64,000 nucleotides of DNA, taken from contig JAJZAT010000008.1 in assembly GCA_021799275.1 (NCBI GenBank), positions 11,972 to 75,971 of the forward strand. The letters are read 5' to 3'. How positions within the stretch are numbered: position 1 is the stretch's first letter; each line of letters starts with the position of its first letter. Position numbers and translations under genes: made by a program. The notes beneath the pieces were generated by a model. It saw only the letters and a program-made list of their open reading frames with translations. It was not told where the DNA came from and did not search any database. Shown here one piece after another: positions 40,177 to 49,323 of this stretch. This stretch comes from Bacillota bacterium (GTDB lineage Bacteria; Bacillota; Sulfobacillia; JAJZYS01; JAJYTV01).

Positions 40177-41130
40177 TCAGGCGAGCGGCAGGCCGAACTC
40201 CGTCTGGATCTTCTTGCGCAGGTCCTGCGGCAGGTCGCCGTCCGCGGCCTCGAGGTTCTCCTCGAGTTGCTCGAGGTTCGAAGCCCCGACCAGGGCCGAG
40301 GAGACCTCCGGCAGGCGCAGCACCCAGCGGATCGCGAGCTGCGCCAGACTCAGGCCGGCCTGGCGCGCCACGCCGGCGAGCCACTCCACCTTGCCGTCGC
40401 TGCCGTCGAGGTAGCGCTGGACCATCGAGGCGGTCCGCGGGTCGGCGCCGCGGCTCCCTTCCGGAACCTTGCCGCCCAGGTACTTCCCTGTCAGCACGCC
40501 CTGGGCGAGCGGCGAGAAGGCGACGATGCCCATGCCGGCCGCCTTGGCCCGGGGCAGGACGTCGACCTCGATCTTCGGATCGAGCAGGTTGTACTGCACC
40601 TGGTCCGCGATCATGCGGCGCAGGCCGAGCCTTGTCGTCTCCTTGGCCGCGTGGCTGACTTCTTCCGCGGGCCACTCCGAGATCGCGCCATAGAGCACCT
40701 TGCCCTGCGCGACGAGGTCGTCGATAGCGCGCAAGGTTTCGTCGAGCGGCGTCTCGGGATCGGCGCGGTGGCAGTAGAAAATGTCGACGTAGTCGGTGCC
40801 GAGGCGCTCGAGCGAGCGCTCGACCGACTCGAGGACGTGCTTGCGGGAGAGCCCGCGGTCGTTCGGATCGTCGCTCTGCGGCCAGAAGGCCTTCGTCGCG
40901 ATGACGAGATGGTGACGCGGGAACGGCTCGAGCGCTCTGCGCAGAACCTTCTCCGCCTCGCCGCGCGCGTAGGCGTCCGCTGTGTCGAAGTAGTTGACAC
41001 CGAGTTCGAAGGCTCGCCTGACGCAGGTGATGGCCGACTCCTCCGCGACGCTGCCGCCGTAGGTGAGCCAGCTGCCGAGCGCGACCTCGGAAACCTTGAG
41101 GCCGCTCTTGCCCACATTCCTGTACCGCAT
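40177..41130 (-). CDS. Aldo/keto reductase (Kv-beta-like)
   Basis: SGLKVS..LGSW, FDTADAY, ATK, SLERLGTDYVD, HR.D, SPLAQG. Confidence 0.92.
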   Translation of the reverse strand: MRYRNVGKSGLKVSEVALGSWLTYGGSVAEESAITCVRRAFELGVNYFDTADAYARGEAEKVLRRALEPFPRHHLVIATKAFWPQSDDPNDRGLSRKHVLESVERSLERLGTDYVDIFYCHRADPETPLDETLRAIDDLVAQGKVLYGAISEWPAEEVSHAAKETTRLGLRRMIADQVQYNLLDPKIEVDVLPRAKAAGMGIVAFSPLAQGVLTGKYLGGKVPEGSRGADPRTASMVQRYLDGSDGKVEWLAGVARQAGLSLAQLAIRWVLRLPEVSSALVGASNLEQLEENLEAADGDLPQDLRKKIQTEFGLPLA

Positions 41131-41361
41131 AGGACCAGCTTCCCTTCCCGTAGCCTCCGCGTCCAAGGATGCCACGGAAGGGCGGCGGATGGCAAAGCAG
41201 GCGGGGCGTCACCAAGAGACGGTCGCACCCACATCCAGCAGGAAGCCGGTGGCCTCGTTCGAATGAGTCAGAAACCGTCCGCAGTTCGGGAGATCCGCCT
41301 CGCAGCGGGGACAAGCCTTCAGACGCGCAGCAAAGATGACCGAGCCGAGGGGGAAGGCGAC

Positions 41362-42969
41362 GTGTCCACCGAAGGGCAGCACAAATTTCGCAGGGAGCTC
41401 GGGCTCACCGATCTGACCATGGCGACGCTCGGCGGCATCATCGGCTCGGGCTGGCTCTTCGCGGCGCAAGGGGCGTCAACCTACGCCGGGCCCGCGGCCA
41501 TCGTCTCCTGGCTGATCGGGGCTGTCGCCGTCGTCATCCTGGGTCTGACGTTCGCGGAGCTGGCCGGCATGTTGCCAGAGGCCGGCGGCGTCATCCGGTA
41601 CCCCCACTACTCCCACGGCAGCTTTGTCAGCTTCATGATCGGCTGGGCCGCCCTCATCTCCTGGGCCGGACTCCCCTCGATCGAGGCCGAGGCGGTCATC
41701 CAGTACGCCTCGAGTTACATTCCTGGCATCTACAGCATCGGCCAGGGTGCCCTCACAGCCATCGGCCTTCTCGTGGCCCTCCTCCTGGTCACACTCTTCT
41801 TCCTGATCAACTCAGTTGGCATCAAGGTGTACGCCAGGGTCAACACTCCGCTCACGTTTCTCAAGATCGCCGCTCCGGTGACGACGGCGATCGCACTCCT
41901 GGCGACGAGCTTCCACCCCGCCAACTTCAGTCTGGCCGGCGGCTTCATGCCATTCGGTTGGGCCGGGGTCTTCTCCGCCGTGTCCACCGGCGGCATCATC
42001 TTCACCTTCACGGGCTTTCGGCCGATGTTCGATCTCGCGGGCGAAGCCAAGCGTCCGCAGCACGACATCCCGCGCGCCTTCATGCTGGCCATGCTCGCCG
42101 CTGGTGTCCTCTATCTCGCGCTGCAGCTCGCGTTCACCGGGGCGATCCCCGCCGCCGACCTCGGGCACGGCTGGGCCAAGCTCGCCTTCTCCTCACCGTT
42201 CGCGAACCTGGCAGTGGCGCTCAACCTGCCCTGGCTGGCCATCGTCCTGTACGGCGACGCCATCATCTCGCCGAGCGGCACTTCCCTCACCTATGCGGCC
42301 GCGGTACCGCGCGCCTTCTATGCCTACAGCGGCAACCGCCACTTCCCCTCCATCTTCCGACGGCTGAGCGCACGCGGTCTGCCGACGCCGGCGATGATCC
42401 TCAGCTACGTGGTGGCACTCGTGTTCCTGCTGCCCTTCCCTTCCTGGCAGAGAATGGTCGGCATCCTCTCGGGCGCCACCATCCTGACCTACATGATCGC
42501 CCCTGTCACGTTGGCCGTGCTGCGCCGCTCGGCACCTCAGTTCCGCCGGCCGTTCCGCCTACCTGGTGCGTCGTGGCTCGGACCGATCGCCTTCGTAATC
42601 GGCAGCATGATCTTCTACTGGACAGGCTGGCCCACCGACGGCATTCTGCTCGTCGCCACGCTGATCGGGCTCATCCTGTACTTCCACTACTTCACCCGCC
42701 AGAGGACGCCCGCGACGGACCTGCGCCGCGGGATCTGGCTCGTCGTCTACTTCCTCTTCGGCCTTGCCATGTCGTATGCCGGCAGTTTTGGCGGCCGAGC
42801 CTGGGTGCCGGCGCCGTGGGACACCGTCCTCGTCGCCGTAGCGAGCGTCGGCTTCTACTACTGGGCCGTGGCAGCAGGTGGAGGTTCCGAGCTGCTGGCG
42901 GAGGCGGGCCAGGTGGCGGCGGAGGCGGCCGCCGTCGAGGACGCGGCGGCAGGTTCCGTAGGGGACTGA
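41362..42969 (+). CDS. APC family amino acid permease (YbeC/YveA-like)
   Basis: GGIIGSGWLF, RYPHYSHG, IEAEA, GFR, DAIISPSGT; GTG after GGAAGG. Confidence 0.9.
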   Translation: MSTEGQHKFRRELGLTDLTMATLGGIIGSGWLFAAQGASTYAGPAAIVSWLIGAVAVVILGLTFAELAGMLPEAGGVIRYPHYSHGSFVSFMIGWAALISWAGLPSIEAEAVIQYASSYIPGIYSIGQGALTAIGLLVALLLVTLFFLINSVGIKVYARVNTPLTFLKIAAPVTTAIALLATSFHPANFSLAGGFMPFGWAGVFSAVSTGGIIFTFTGFRPMFDLAGEAKRPQHDIPRAFMLAMLAAGVLYLALQLAFTGAIPAADLGHGWAKLAFSSPFANLAVALNLPWLAIVLYGDAIISPSGTSLTYAAAVPRAFYAYSGNRHFPSIFRRLSARGLPTPAMILSYVVALVFLLPFPSWQRMVGILSGATILTYMIAPVTLAVLRRSAPQFRRPFRLPGASWLGPIAFVIGSMIFYWTGWPTDGILLVATLIGLILYFHYFTRQRTPATDLRRGIWLVVYFLFGLAMSYAGSFGGRAWVPAPWDTVLVAVASVGFYYWAVAAGGGSELLAEAGQVAAEAAAVEDAAAGSVGD

Positions 42970-42991
42970 GCCGCAGCTTGTCGATCTGAGG

Positions 42992-43804
42992 CTACTCCGG
43001 TGTCCCCTCGAGCCCCGCGATGAACTCCTCCAGGTGTTCTGCGGTCTCGAGCTGCGGCCTCAGTACGCCGAGCACCTGCCGCTTCACCTCGACGAACTCG
43101 GGGGAGAGGACGAGATCCCACTCGCGCGGCCGCTGGAAAGGGACCGCAAGATCGAGCGCCACGCTGCCAGGCCTGGCCGTCATGACCACGACGCGGTCGC
43201 CGAGCAGGATCGCCTCCTCGACGTCATGGGTGACGAAGAGCACCGTCGGGCGCAGGGTGCGCCAAAGTCGCAGCAGGAAGCGCTGCATCTCATTCCGGGT
43301 CTGGGCGTCGAGCGCACCGAACGGCTCATCCATCAGCATCGTCTCGGGCTGCGTAATGAGCGCCCGCGCGATCGCGACTCGCTGGCGCATGCCGCCCGAA
43401 AGCTCGTAGGGAGCGTGCCTCGAGAACGCGTCGAGTCCCATGATGCCGATGTAGTCCCGGACCCTGCGCTCGTACTCGGCGCCCCGCATGCCATGGATCC
43501 TGAGCCCGAAGCCGATGTTCTCCCTGACGTTCAGCCAGGGGTAGAGGGCGGCCTGCTGGAACACCACGGCACGATCGGCTCCGGGCCCCGCCACGCGTTG
43601 GCCGTTGATCTCGATGCTGCCCTTGGACGGGAACTCGAATCCCGCCACCAGGTGCAGGAGCGTGGACTTGCCGCAGCCGCTCGGCCCCACGACCGAGACG
43701 AACTCGCCCTCGGCCACGTCCAGATCCACGCCGCGCAGCGCGGGGACGGCGTGCCGTCCCCTGCCGCCCGGATAGACCATGTGCACGTCATGGATCGCGA
43801 TCAT
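42992..43804 (-). CDS. TauB/SsuB-type ABC ATPase
   Basis: GPSGCGKST, LSGGMRQR, MDEPFGALD, VTHDVEEA. Confidence 0.93.
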   Translation of the reverse strand: MIAIHDVHMVYPGGRGRHAVPALRGVDLDVAEGEFVSVVGPSGCGKSTLLHLVAGFEFPSKGSIEINGQRVAGPGADRAVVFQQAALYPWLNVRENIGFGLRIHGMRGAEYERRVRDYIGIMGLDAFSRHAPYELSGGMRQRVAIARALITQPETMLMDEPFGALDAQTRNEMQRFLLRLWRTLRPTVLFVTHDVEEAILLGDRVVVMTARPGSVALDLAVPFQRPREWDLVLSPEFVEVKRQVLGVLRPQLETAEHLEEFIAGLEGTPE

Positions 43805-43820
43805 AGGCCCGTCGCCCCGC

Positions 43821-44870
43821 TCACTGCCCCGCCGCCACGGCCTGCGCGTAGGAGGGGTCCACGACGCCGCTCATGTCCTTCGGAGGCGTCGAGATCTGGC
43901 GGATGCGGTAGAGATACTTGGCGGCTGCATTGAGCGACACGGTGACGAGCGCGCTCTTCACGCCCCCGCCCTTGCCGAGTCCCTCGGGGCCGATCTGATC
44001 CTGCACGTTGTAGAGCTTGTAGCCCTTCAGTTCCGTCTTGGCCAAGGCGACGGTGATGCCGGCCTGCTTCGCCATGTCCCGCACTGCCTGCGCCGGGTGG
44101 CTCTGGTAGAACGCGAAGCCAGCCTGCTCCGCCTTGATGAAGCCGAGCACGAGCTGGCGGTGGGACTTCGCCCAGCCGGTCTGGACGACGGCCAGGTTGA
44201 AGATCGGCGCCTGCTGCGCGACGTCCTGGTCGTACATGATCGCGATGCCGCCGTGGCGCAGCATCGTGTCGAACGCGGGATCCCAGACGTAGGCGGCGTC
44301 GATTTGACCGCGCTCCCAGGCCGACACCATGTCGGGCGGGCTCATGTTGGCGAACTTGATCGCGGAGGCGGGAATGCCCCTTTGCGCCATGGCCGTCGCC
44401 ACCTCGAACGGCGATGTGGAGCCGACCACCATGGCGATGCTCTTGCCCTCGAGATCCTTGAGCGAACGAACGCCGGAAGCCTGACGCACCACGAGGCCCT
44501 CGTCGGTGGTGTAGCGCTCCTGCGCCCAGATCACCTTGAGCGGCACCCCCTGCCCGATGGCCGCGGCCGCGGGCGGGTTGCCGAGCCCCGTCATGAACTG
44601 CAGGCTGCCCGACGCCAGGGCGGCCAGCGACGCCGGGCCGGAGCTGAAGTACCTGAGCTCGACATGGGCTCCCTTCATGTACTTCTGGAAGAACCCTTCG
44701 GCCATCGCCGCCATCTCGGGATCCGCGCCGTTGTTCTCGTAGCCGATCACCACGGTCGGCAGATGCTTCGCCGACGTGGGCGCTGTCTTGCCGCCGCAAC
44801 CGGCGAGCAGCAGGCTGGCGGCGACGCCCATCGCGATGGCCGCCATGCTCGCGCGAAAACCTCTTCGCAT
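43821..44870 (-). CDS. TauA/SsuA-type substrate-binding lipoprotein
   Basis: Lipobox LLAGC; F.SG, ALASG, DL.GK, IDAAYVWDP. Confidence 0.88.
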   Translation of the reverse strand: MRRGFRASMAAIAMGVAASLLLAGCGGKTAPTSAKHLPTVVIGYENNGADPEMAAMAEGFFQKYMKGAHVELRYFSSGPASLAALASGSLQFMTGLGNPPAAAAIGQGVPLKVIWAQERYTTDEGLVVRQASGVRSLKDLEGKSIAMVVGSTSPFEVATAMAQRGIPASAIKFANMSPPDMVSAWERGQIDAAYVWDPAFDTMLRHGGIAIMYDQDVAQQAPIFNLAVVQTGWAKSHRQLVLGFIKAEQAGFAFYQSHPAQAVRDMAKQAGITVALAKTELKGYKLYNVQDQIGPEGLGKGGGVKSALVTVSLNAAAKYLYRIRQISTPPKDMSGVVDPSYAQAVAAGQ

Positions 44871-44909
44871 CGTCCCGATCCCCCAATTCCTTGCCACCCT
44901 CGCGAACCC

Positions 44910-45674
44910 TCACGCCTTGCCCTTCCAGGGGACCAAGGCGTGTTCCAGGAGCCGGATGAGAAGGTCCATCGCGTAGCCGATGAGTCCGATCGCCAGGATC
45001 GCGATGAAGATGATCCCGACCTGCAGTTGCTGGCCGGCCTCCTGCACGAGCCAGCCGAGGCCCGCCGTGGCGGCGATGATCTCGGCCGCGACGAGGCAGG
45101 TCCAGCCGACGCCGATACCTACGCGCATGCCGGTGAACACCTCGGGCAACGCCGAGGGCAGCGTCACATGACGCAGGATCTGCCAGCGCGTGGCCCCGAG
45201 ACACTGCGCAACTCGGATCCGCTGCCGCGGCGTGGAACGGACGCCGGAGATGGTGTTGAGGATAATGACGGGAATCGTGCCCAGCATGATGACGAGACCC
45301 TTCGAGGTTTCCCCGATGCCGAACCAGAGGACGAGGAGCGGCACGAGCGCCAGGGGTGGCACCGGCCGCACGAACTGCAGCAGAGGGTCGATCGCCTGGA
45401 AGGCGACCTCGCTCGATGCCATCAGGATGCCGATGGGCACGCCGACCACCACGGCGATCAGGAACCCGGCCACAATGCGGGCCGACGAGACCCAGATGTC
45501 GGTGAGCAGTGTCTGGCCGCCGTACCCGACCGTGAAGATTCTCGGGATCTCCTGGAGCACCGAGAGCGGTGACGGCAGCAGCAAGGCGGGGAACAGGTGG
45601 ACGAGCGTCAGGGCTTGCCAGAGCGCGATGAGCGCCAAGGCGACCAGGAAGGGGATGCCGCGTTTGAGCCCCGT
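44910..45674 (-). CDS. TauC/SsuC-type ABC permease; start uncertain (ACG 45674, GTG 45683 or TTG 45749)
   Basis: LPSP, RPVPPLA, WFGIGE, LGA, LVAAE, VPWKG. Confidence 0.9.
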   Translation of the reverse strand, partial: TGLKRGIPFLVALALIALWQALTLVHLFPALLLPSPLSVLQEIPRIFTVGYGGQTLLTDIWVSSARIVAGFLIAVVVGVPIGILMASSEVAFQAIDPLLQFVRPVPPLALVPLLVLWFGIGETSKGLVIMLGTIPVIILNTISGVRSTPRQRIRVAQCLGATRWQILRHVTLPSALPEVFTGMRVGIGVGWTCLVAAEIIAATAGLGWLVQEAGQQLQVGIIFIAILAIGLIGYAMDLLIRLLEHALVPWKGKA

Positions 45675-45883
45675 TGGGCGCACCTCCTCCGTGCCGGTCG
45701 CATCACGGCGGGCGACCTTTTGGCACGCGGCGGGGACCAGGCCCCGCAACCCGCGCGCGCCTTGCTACATGGATACGCGCGAGCCTTGCCCTGGGGAACC
45801 ATCGGAGCCCCGATCAGCGTGAAAGATGGCAGACCGTGTCGCCGGCTGCGCCCTCGGAGCCAGACGTCCGACCGCAGCCGTCA

Positions 45884-45912
45884 TTGACGGGGGCGGCCGG
45901 CGATGCTAACCT
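45884..45912 (+). promoter_or_regulatory. SigA-type promoter about 250 nt upstream of the DHA2 exporter
   Basis: TTGACG-N17-TAACCT with extended -10 TG. Confidence 0.55.
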
Positions 45913-46165
45913 GCTGCACACGACCCGCGTAGTCGGCGACCACCGCATGACGGCCACGAGGCCCCCGGGGAGGCCGGGACGGCGTCCTCCAGCCTCGCCG
46001 CCAAGCGGGCTGAGCGAGCCACGCGCGGCATGTGCGCATAGGCAGTGACATATCGCCCCCCCCGCGCTGCGGGGGCGCTTGAGCAAGAGGTCCTGGCACG
46101 GCGGCGGCCCCGAGTCGCCGCTTGTGGTATGTCCCGCGTGCCGAACCGTCCGAAGGAGGAACCCC

Positions 46166-48151
46166 GTGTCCAGAGACGAAGCGATCCAGCCCATCGCGGG
46201 GGAGCAGCGCCTCAGCCTGATCGGCGTCATGCTCGCCATCTTCCTCGCGGCCCTCGACCAGACGATCGTCGCGACCGCCCTGCCGAAGATCGTCGTCGAC
46301 CTGCACGGCACCAACCTCTACGCCTGGGTGGCGACGGCCTATCTTCTGGCCTCCACGGTTGCCCTGCCCATCTTCGGCCGGCTCGCGGAACTCGTCGCGC
46401 GCAAGTGGGTACTGCTCGTGGCGGTGGCGATCTTCCTCGCGGGATCCGCCCTCTCAGGGGCCTCCAACACGATGATGGCCCTGATCGCCTTCCGCTCGAT
46501 CCAGGGCGTCGGATCGGGCGGCATCTTCGCGGTGGGCATGACGGTGCTCGGCCTCCTCTTCCCGCCCCGCCAGCGCGGGCGGATCCAGGGGCTTTTCGGG
46601 GCCGTCTTCGGCATCGCCAACGTGCTGGGTCCCTGGCTCGGCGGCCTCCTTACGGACCAGCTCTCCTGGCACTGGATCTTCTACGTCAACATGCCGTTCG
46701 GTCTTGTGGCGCTCTACTTCCTCGCGGTGCATATGCCGCATCTGGAGCCGTCCGCGAGGCACCGCTTCGACTATGTGGGCGCACTCGCCGTCGCGGTGAT
46801 GACGGTCCCGCTGCTGCTCGCCCTCTCCTGGGGCGGCAGCACCTACGCCTGGGACTCACCGACGATCCTCGGCCTCTTCGCCCTGACGCTGATCGGCATC
46901 GTCGGCTTCATCCTCGCCGAGTCGCGGAACCCGGAGCCCCTCTTCGTGCTCAATCTTTTCCGTGGCACGACGTTCCGATGGGCCATGGTCGGCAGTTTCT
47001 TCTACGGGGCCGCCTTCCTCGGAGCCCTGCTCTTCCTGCCCTTCTACCTGGTGCAGGTCAAGGGCATATCCGCGACCAATTCGGGGCTGTCGCTGACGCC
47101 CCTGACCCTTGGCGTCGTGGTCGGCAGTTTTGTCACGGGTCAGCTCGCATCCAAGCTAGGTCGCTACAAGGGCCTGCTGATCCTTGGCCTCGCGTGGCTC
47201 ACCGCCATGCTCTTCCTCTTCCACGCCGTCCTGACCCAGACCACGCCGCTGTGGCAGATCTGGCTTGTCATGGTGCTGGTCGGTGTCGGCATGGGACCAG
47301 GCATGCCCACCTACACCCTGGCGGTGCAGAACGCCGTGCCCGTGAACCGCCTCGGCCAGGCGTCGAGCGGCGCGCAGTTCTTCCGGCAGATCGGCTCGTC
47401 GCTCGGCGCGGCGCTGATGGGCGCCGTACTCGTGGCGGCGCTGCAGTCCGACGTGCCGAGGTACCTGCCACCCACCGTGCGCTCCGCGCAGCAACAGTTC
47501 TCAGGCAGCCAGGTCGGCGCGTCGGGCAACCAGTCCATCGCCACCACCGTGCGTAGCAAATTCGGCAAGGCGAAGCGCGAGATCGACGCGGCGCTCGCCG
47601 GCCGGCCCGGCGCCTATGCGGCCGTGCAGCGCGATCCGGATATCCCCAAGTCCTACAAGGCCTCGATCGCCCGGGGCGGCGTGCCGGCAGAGGTGCGCCA
47701 GGGCTTCACAAGGACGCTTACACTGATCAAGTCCGCGCTCGCCGGCAGTCCCGCGGCTGAGGTGGCCGTCCGCCGGGATCCTCAGCTGCCCGCGGCGCTC
47801 AAGACGGCCCTTGGTCACCCGCCGACGAATGCCGCCGCGCGCGCGGCGATCCTTGCCTCTGTACGGGCCGAGATGGCGGCGGCCGAGCCGAAGGCGGCCG
47901 CCGCCGCCCTGCACCAGGCGCAGGCAGGGGTGAACGGGGCCTTCTCGAAGCTCGAACGGCAGATCACCCGTGATCTCGAGCGCGGGTTCAACTTCGGCAT
48001 CACCGACGCGGTGCGCCAGATCTTCCTTTACGCGTCCCTGCTGGCCCTGCTCGCGCTGATCTTTGCCTTCCTGCTCCCCAACACGGAGCTCAGCCACGAG
48101 CATCAGCCCGCGGACCACGGGGCGACCGCCAGGCCGCAGCCGGAGAACTGA
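46166..48151 (+). CDS. DHA2 (14-TM) multidrug MFS exporter with large extracytoplasmic insertion
   Basis: LDQTIVATALP, WV.TAYLL, R.IQG.G, GP.LGG, W.WIFYVN.P, FFRQIG; GTG after AAGGAGG. Confidence 0.9.
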   Translation: MSRDEAIQPIAGEQRLSLIGVMLAIFLAALDQTIVATALPKIVVDLHGTNLYAWVATAYLLASTVALPIFGRLAELVARKWVLLVAVAIFLAGSALSGASNTMMALIAFRSIQGVGSGGIFAVGMTVLGLLFPPRQRGRIQGLFGAVFGIANVLGPWLGGLLTDQLSWHWIFYVNMPFGLVALYFLAVHMPHLEPSARHRFDYVGALAVAVMTVPLLLALSWGGSTYAWDSPTILGLFALTLIGIVGFILAESRNPEPLFVLNLFRGTTFRWAMVGSFFYGAAFLGALLFLPFYLVQVKGISATNSGLSLTPLTLGVVVGSFVTGQLASKLGRYKGLLILGLAWLTAMLFLFHAVLTQTTPLWQIWLVMVLVGVGMGPGMPTYTLAVQNAVPVNRLGQASSGAQFFRQIGSSLGAALMGAVLVAALQSDVPRYLPPTVRSAQQQFSGSQVGASGNQSIATTVRSKFGKAKREIDAALAGRPGAYAAVQRDPDIPKSYKASIARGGVPAEVRQGFTRTLTLIKSALAGSPAAEVAVRRDPQLPAALKTALGHPPTNAAARAAILASVRAEMAAAEPKAAAAALHQAQAGVNGAFSKLERQITRDLERGFNFGITDAVRQIFLYASLLALLALIFAFLLPNTELSHEHQPADHGATARPQPEN

Positions 48152-48170
48152 GGCACCTTCCGTACAAGTC

Positions 48171-48201
48171 GAGACCTGGCGCCCGCCTGGCGCCAGGTCT
48201 C
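48171..48201. terminator. Hairpin between convergent genes
   Basis: GAGACCTGGCGCC-CGCCT-GGCGCCAGGTCTC. Confidence 0.65.
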
Positions 48202-48362
48202 GTAGGCCCACCCCTCATCACCGTCGTCAGCAAGGACGTGCCGATGAACTCGGCAACATGCGTCTTCACGTGCTCCGGATCTAGTGTGGGCCTGCGGGCC
48301 TCGACGCTTCCCGGACATGGAATGGAGCCGCCGTCCAAGTGCAATTGTTCCGCGTGTCCGAG

Positions 48363-48938
48363 TCAGTTCAAGACGCGCAGCGCACGGAGTTCCGACATGA
48401 GCCGGCGGACGTCGCGGGACGTCCTCGGGATCAGCCAGACCTGCCCCGTTGGCGCCGCATCGCAGGCCGCCATGAGCTTGCCTCTCGACCTGCGCGGAAA
48501 GTCCCAGATCCAGCGCAGGAACTCGAAATCGAAGTGTTCCGGACAGCCCGCGCCAAGGTCGGGACGCACCCGCCCGTAGAGGCGCACGCTACGCCAGAAT
48601 ACGCGCCAGAGGGCGACACGGCGTGGCAGGTCGAGGAAGAGAACCGCGTCGGCGCGCTTCAGCCTGATCTCAAGCGTCTGGCTGTAATTTCCATCCATGA
48701 TCCAGCGGTCCTTGGCCGCCAGTTCCAGCTGCAGCCCCGCCCACTCCGCCTCCGGGCGCGCCTGCCAACCGGGCAGCCAGTGGAGCGCGTCGAGGTGAAC
48801 GAGCGGCAGGCCGAGGATGCGCGCGATGCCCCTGGCGGCGGTCGACTTGCCCGAGCCGCCGCAGCCGAGCACGGCGATGCGGTGGCTTGACGCGAGTCGC
48901 CGCGCGGCGGCGCCGGCATCGAAGCGGGGCGGTCTCAT
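48363..48938 (-). CDS. P-loop kinase-like protein (FlaR/DNA topology modulation family)
   Basis: GCGGSGKST, HLD..HW.PGW, WIMDGNY, R.D.G.GCPE. Confidence 0.85.
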   Translation of the reverse strand: MRPPRFDAGAAARRLASSHRIAVLGCGGSGKSTAARGIARILGLPLVHLDALHWLPGWQARPEAEWAGLQLELAAKDRWIMDGNYSQTLEIRLKRADAVLFLDLPRRVALWRVFWRSVRLYGRVRPDLGAGCPEHFDFEFLRWIWDFPRRSRGKLMAACDAAPTGQVWLIPRTSRDVRRLMSELRALRVLN

Positions 48939-49279
48939 CGCTCCGGGTCCAAGGCTGCCAGGACAGTCCTAGCGATGCGCGTCTCAAGCTGCCCTTTCGT
49001 CAGGACGGCATCGAGGCCGGCTCCCCTCGCCCAGGCGAAGGCATCGCGGTCGACATGCGCGCCAAAGGCGACCACGGGCATCCTGCCCCTGGCCCATGCT
49101 GCGACGCGCTCGCGTACCTCGGCACCAAGGCCGAGGTCCAGGACGAGCGCGGCTGGCCCATCGAGCGACGCGAGCGCGTCGGGTCCGACGCGACCCGACT
49201 CGAGACTCTCCCGCCCAAGCAAGGCCTGCACCTTGGCCGCCAGAAAGAGATCGCTGGTCACAATGGCAATAAAGTCCAT
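48935..49279 (-). CDS. Small receiver-domain-like hypothetical protein
   Basis: DLF...V, LVLDL, AFGAHVD...AR.AG.D.V pattern; ATGA overlap with downstream gene. Confidence 0.65.
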   Translation of the reverse strand: MDFIAIVTSDLFLAAKVQALLGRESLESGRVGPDALASLDGPAALVLDLGLGAEVRERVAAWARGRMPVVAFGAHVDRDAFAWARGAGLDAVLTKGQLETRIARTVLAALDPER

Positions 49280-49323
49280 GGCAGCACCTTACCACGCCCG
49301 GCGGGTGTACGCTACAACATGAG

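Noticed and set aside
37845..42969. Apparent long N-terminal extensions on codA (751 aa) and the APC permease (965 aa)
   Set aside because: The extensions run antisense through real genes; SD-supported starts lie at about 38847 and 41362
45690..45830. Guanidine-I (ykkC) riboswitch before the Tau-like ABC
   Set aside because: No CTAGGGTTCCG or AAAAGCCCGGG hallmarks on the minus strand
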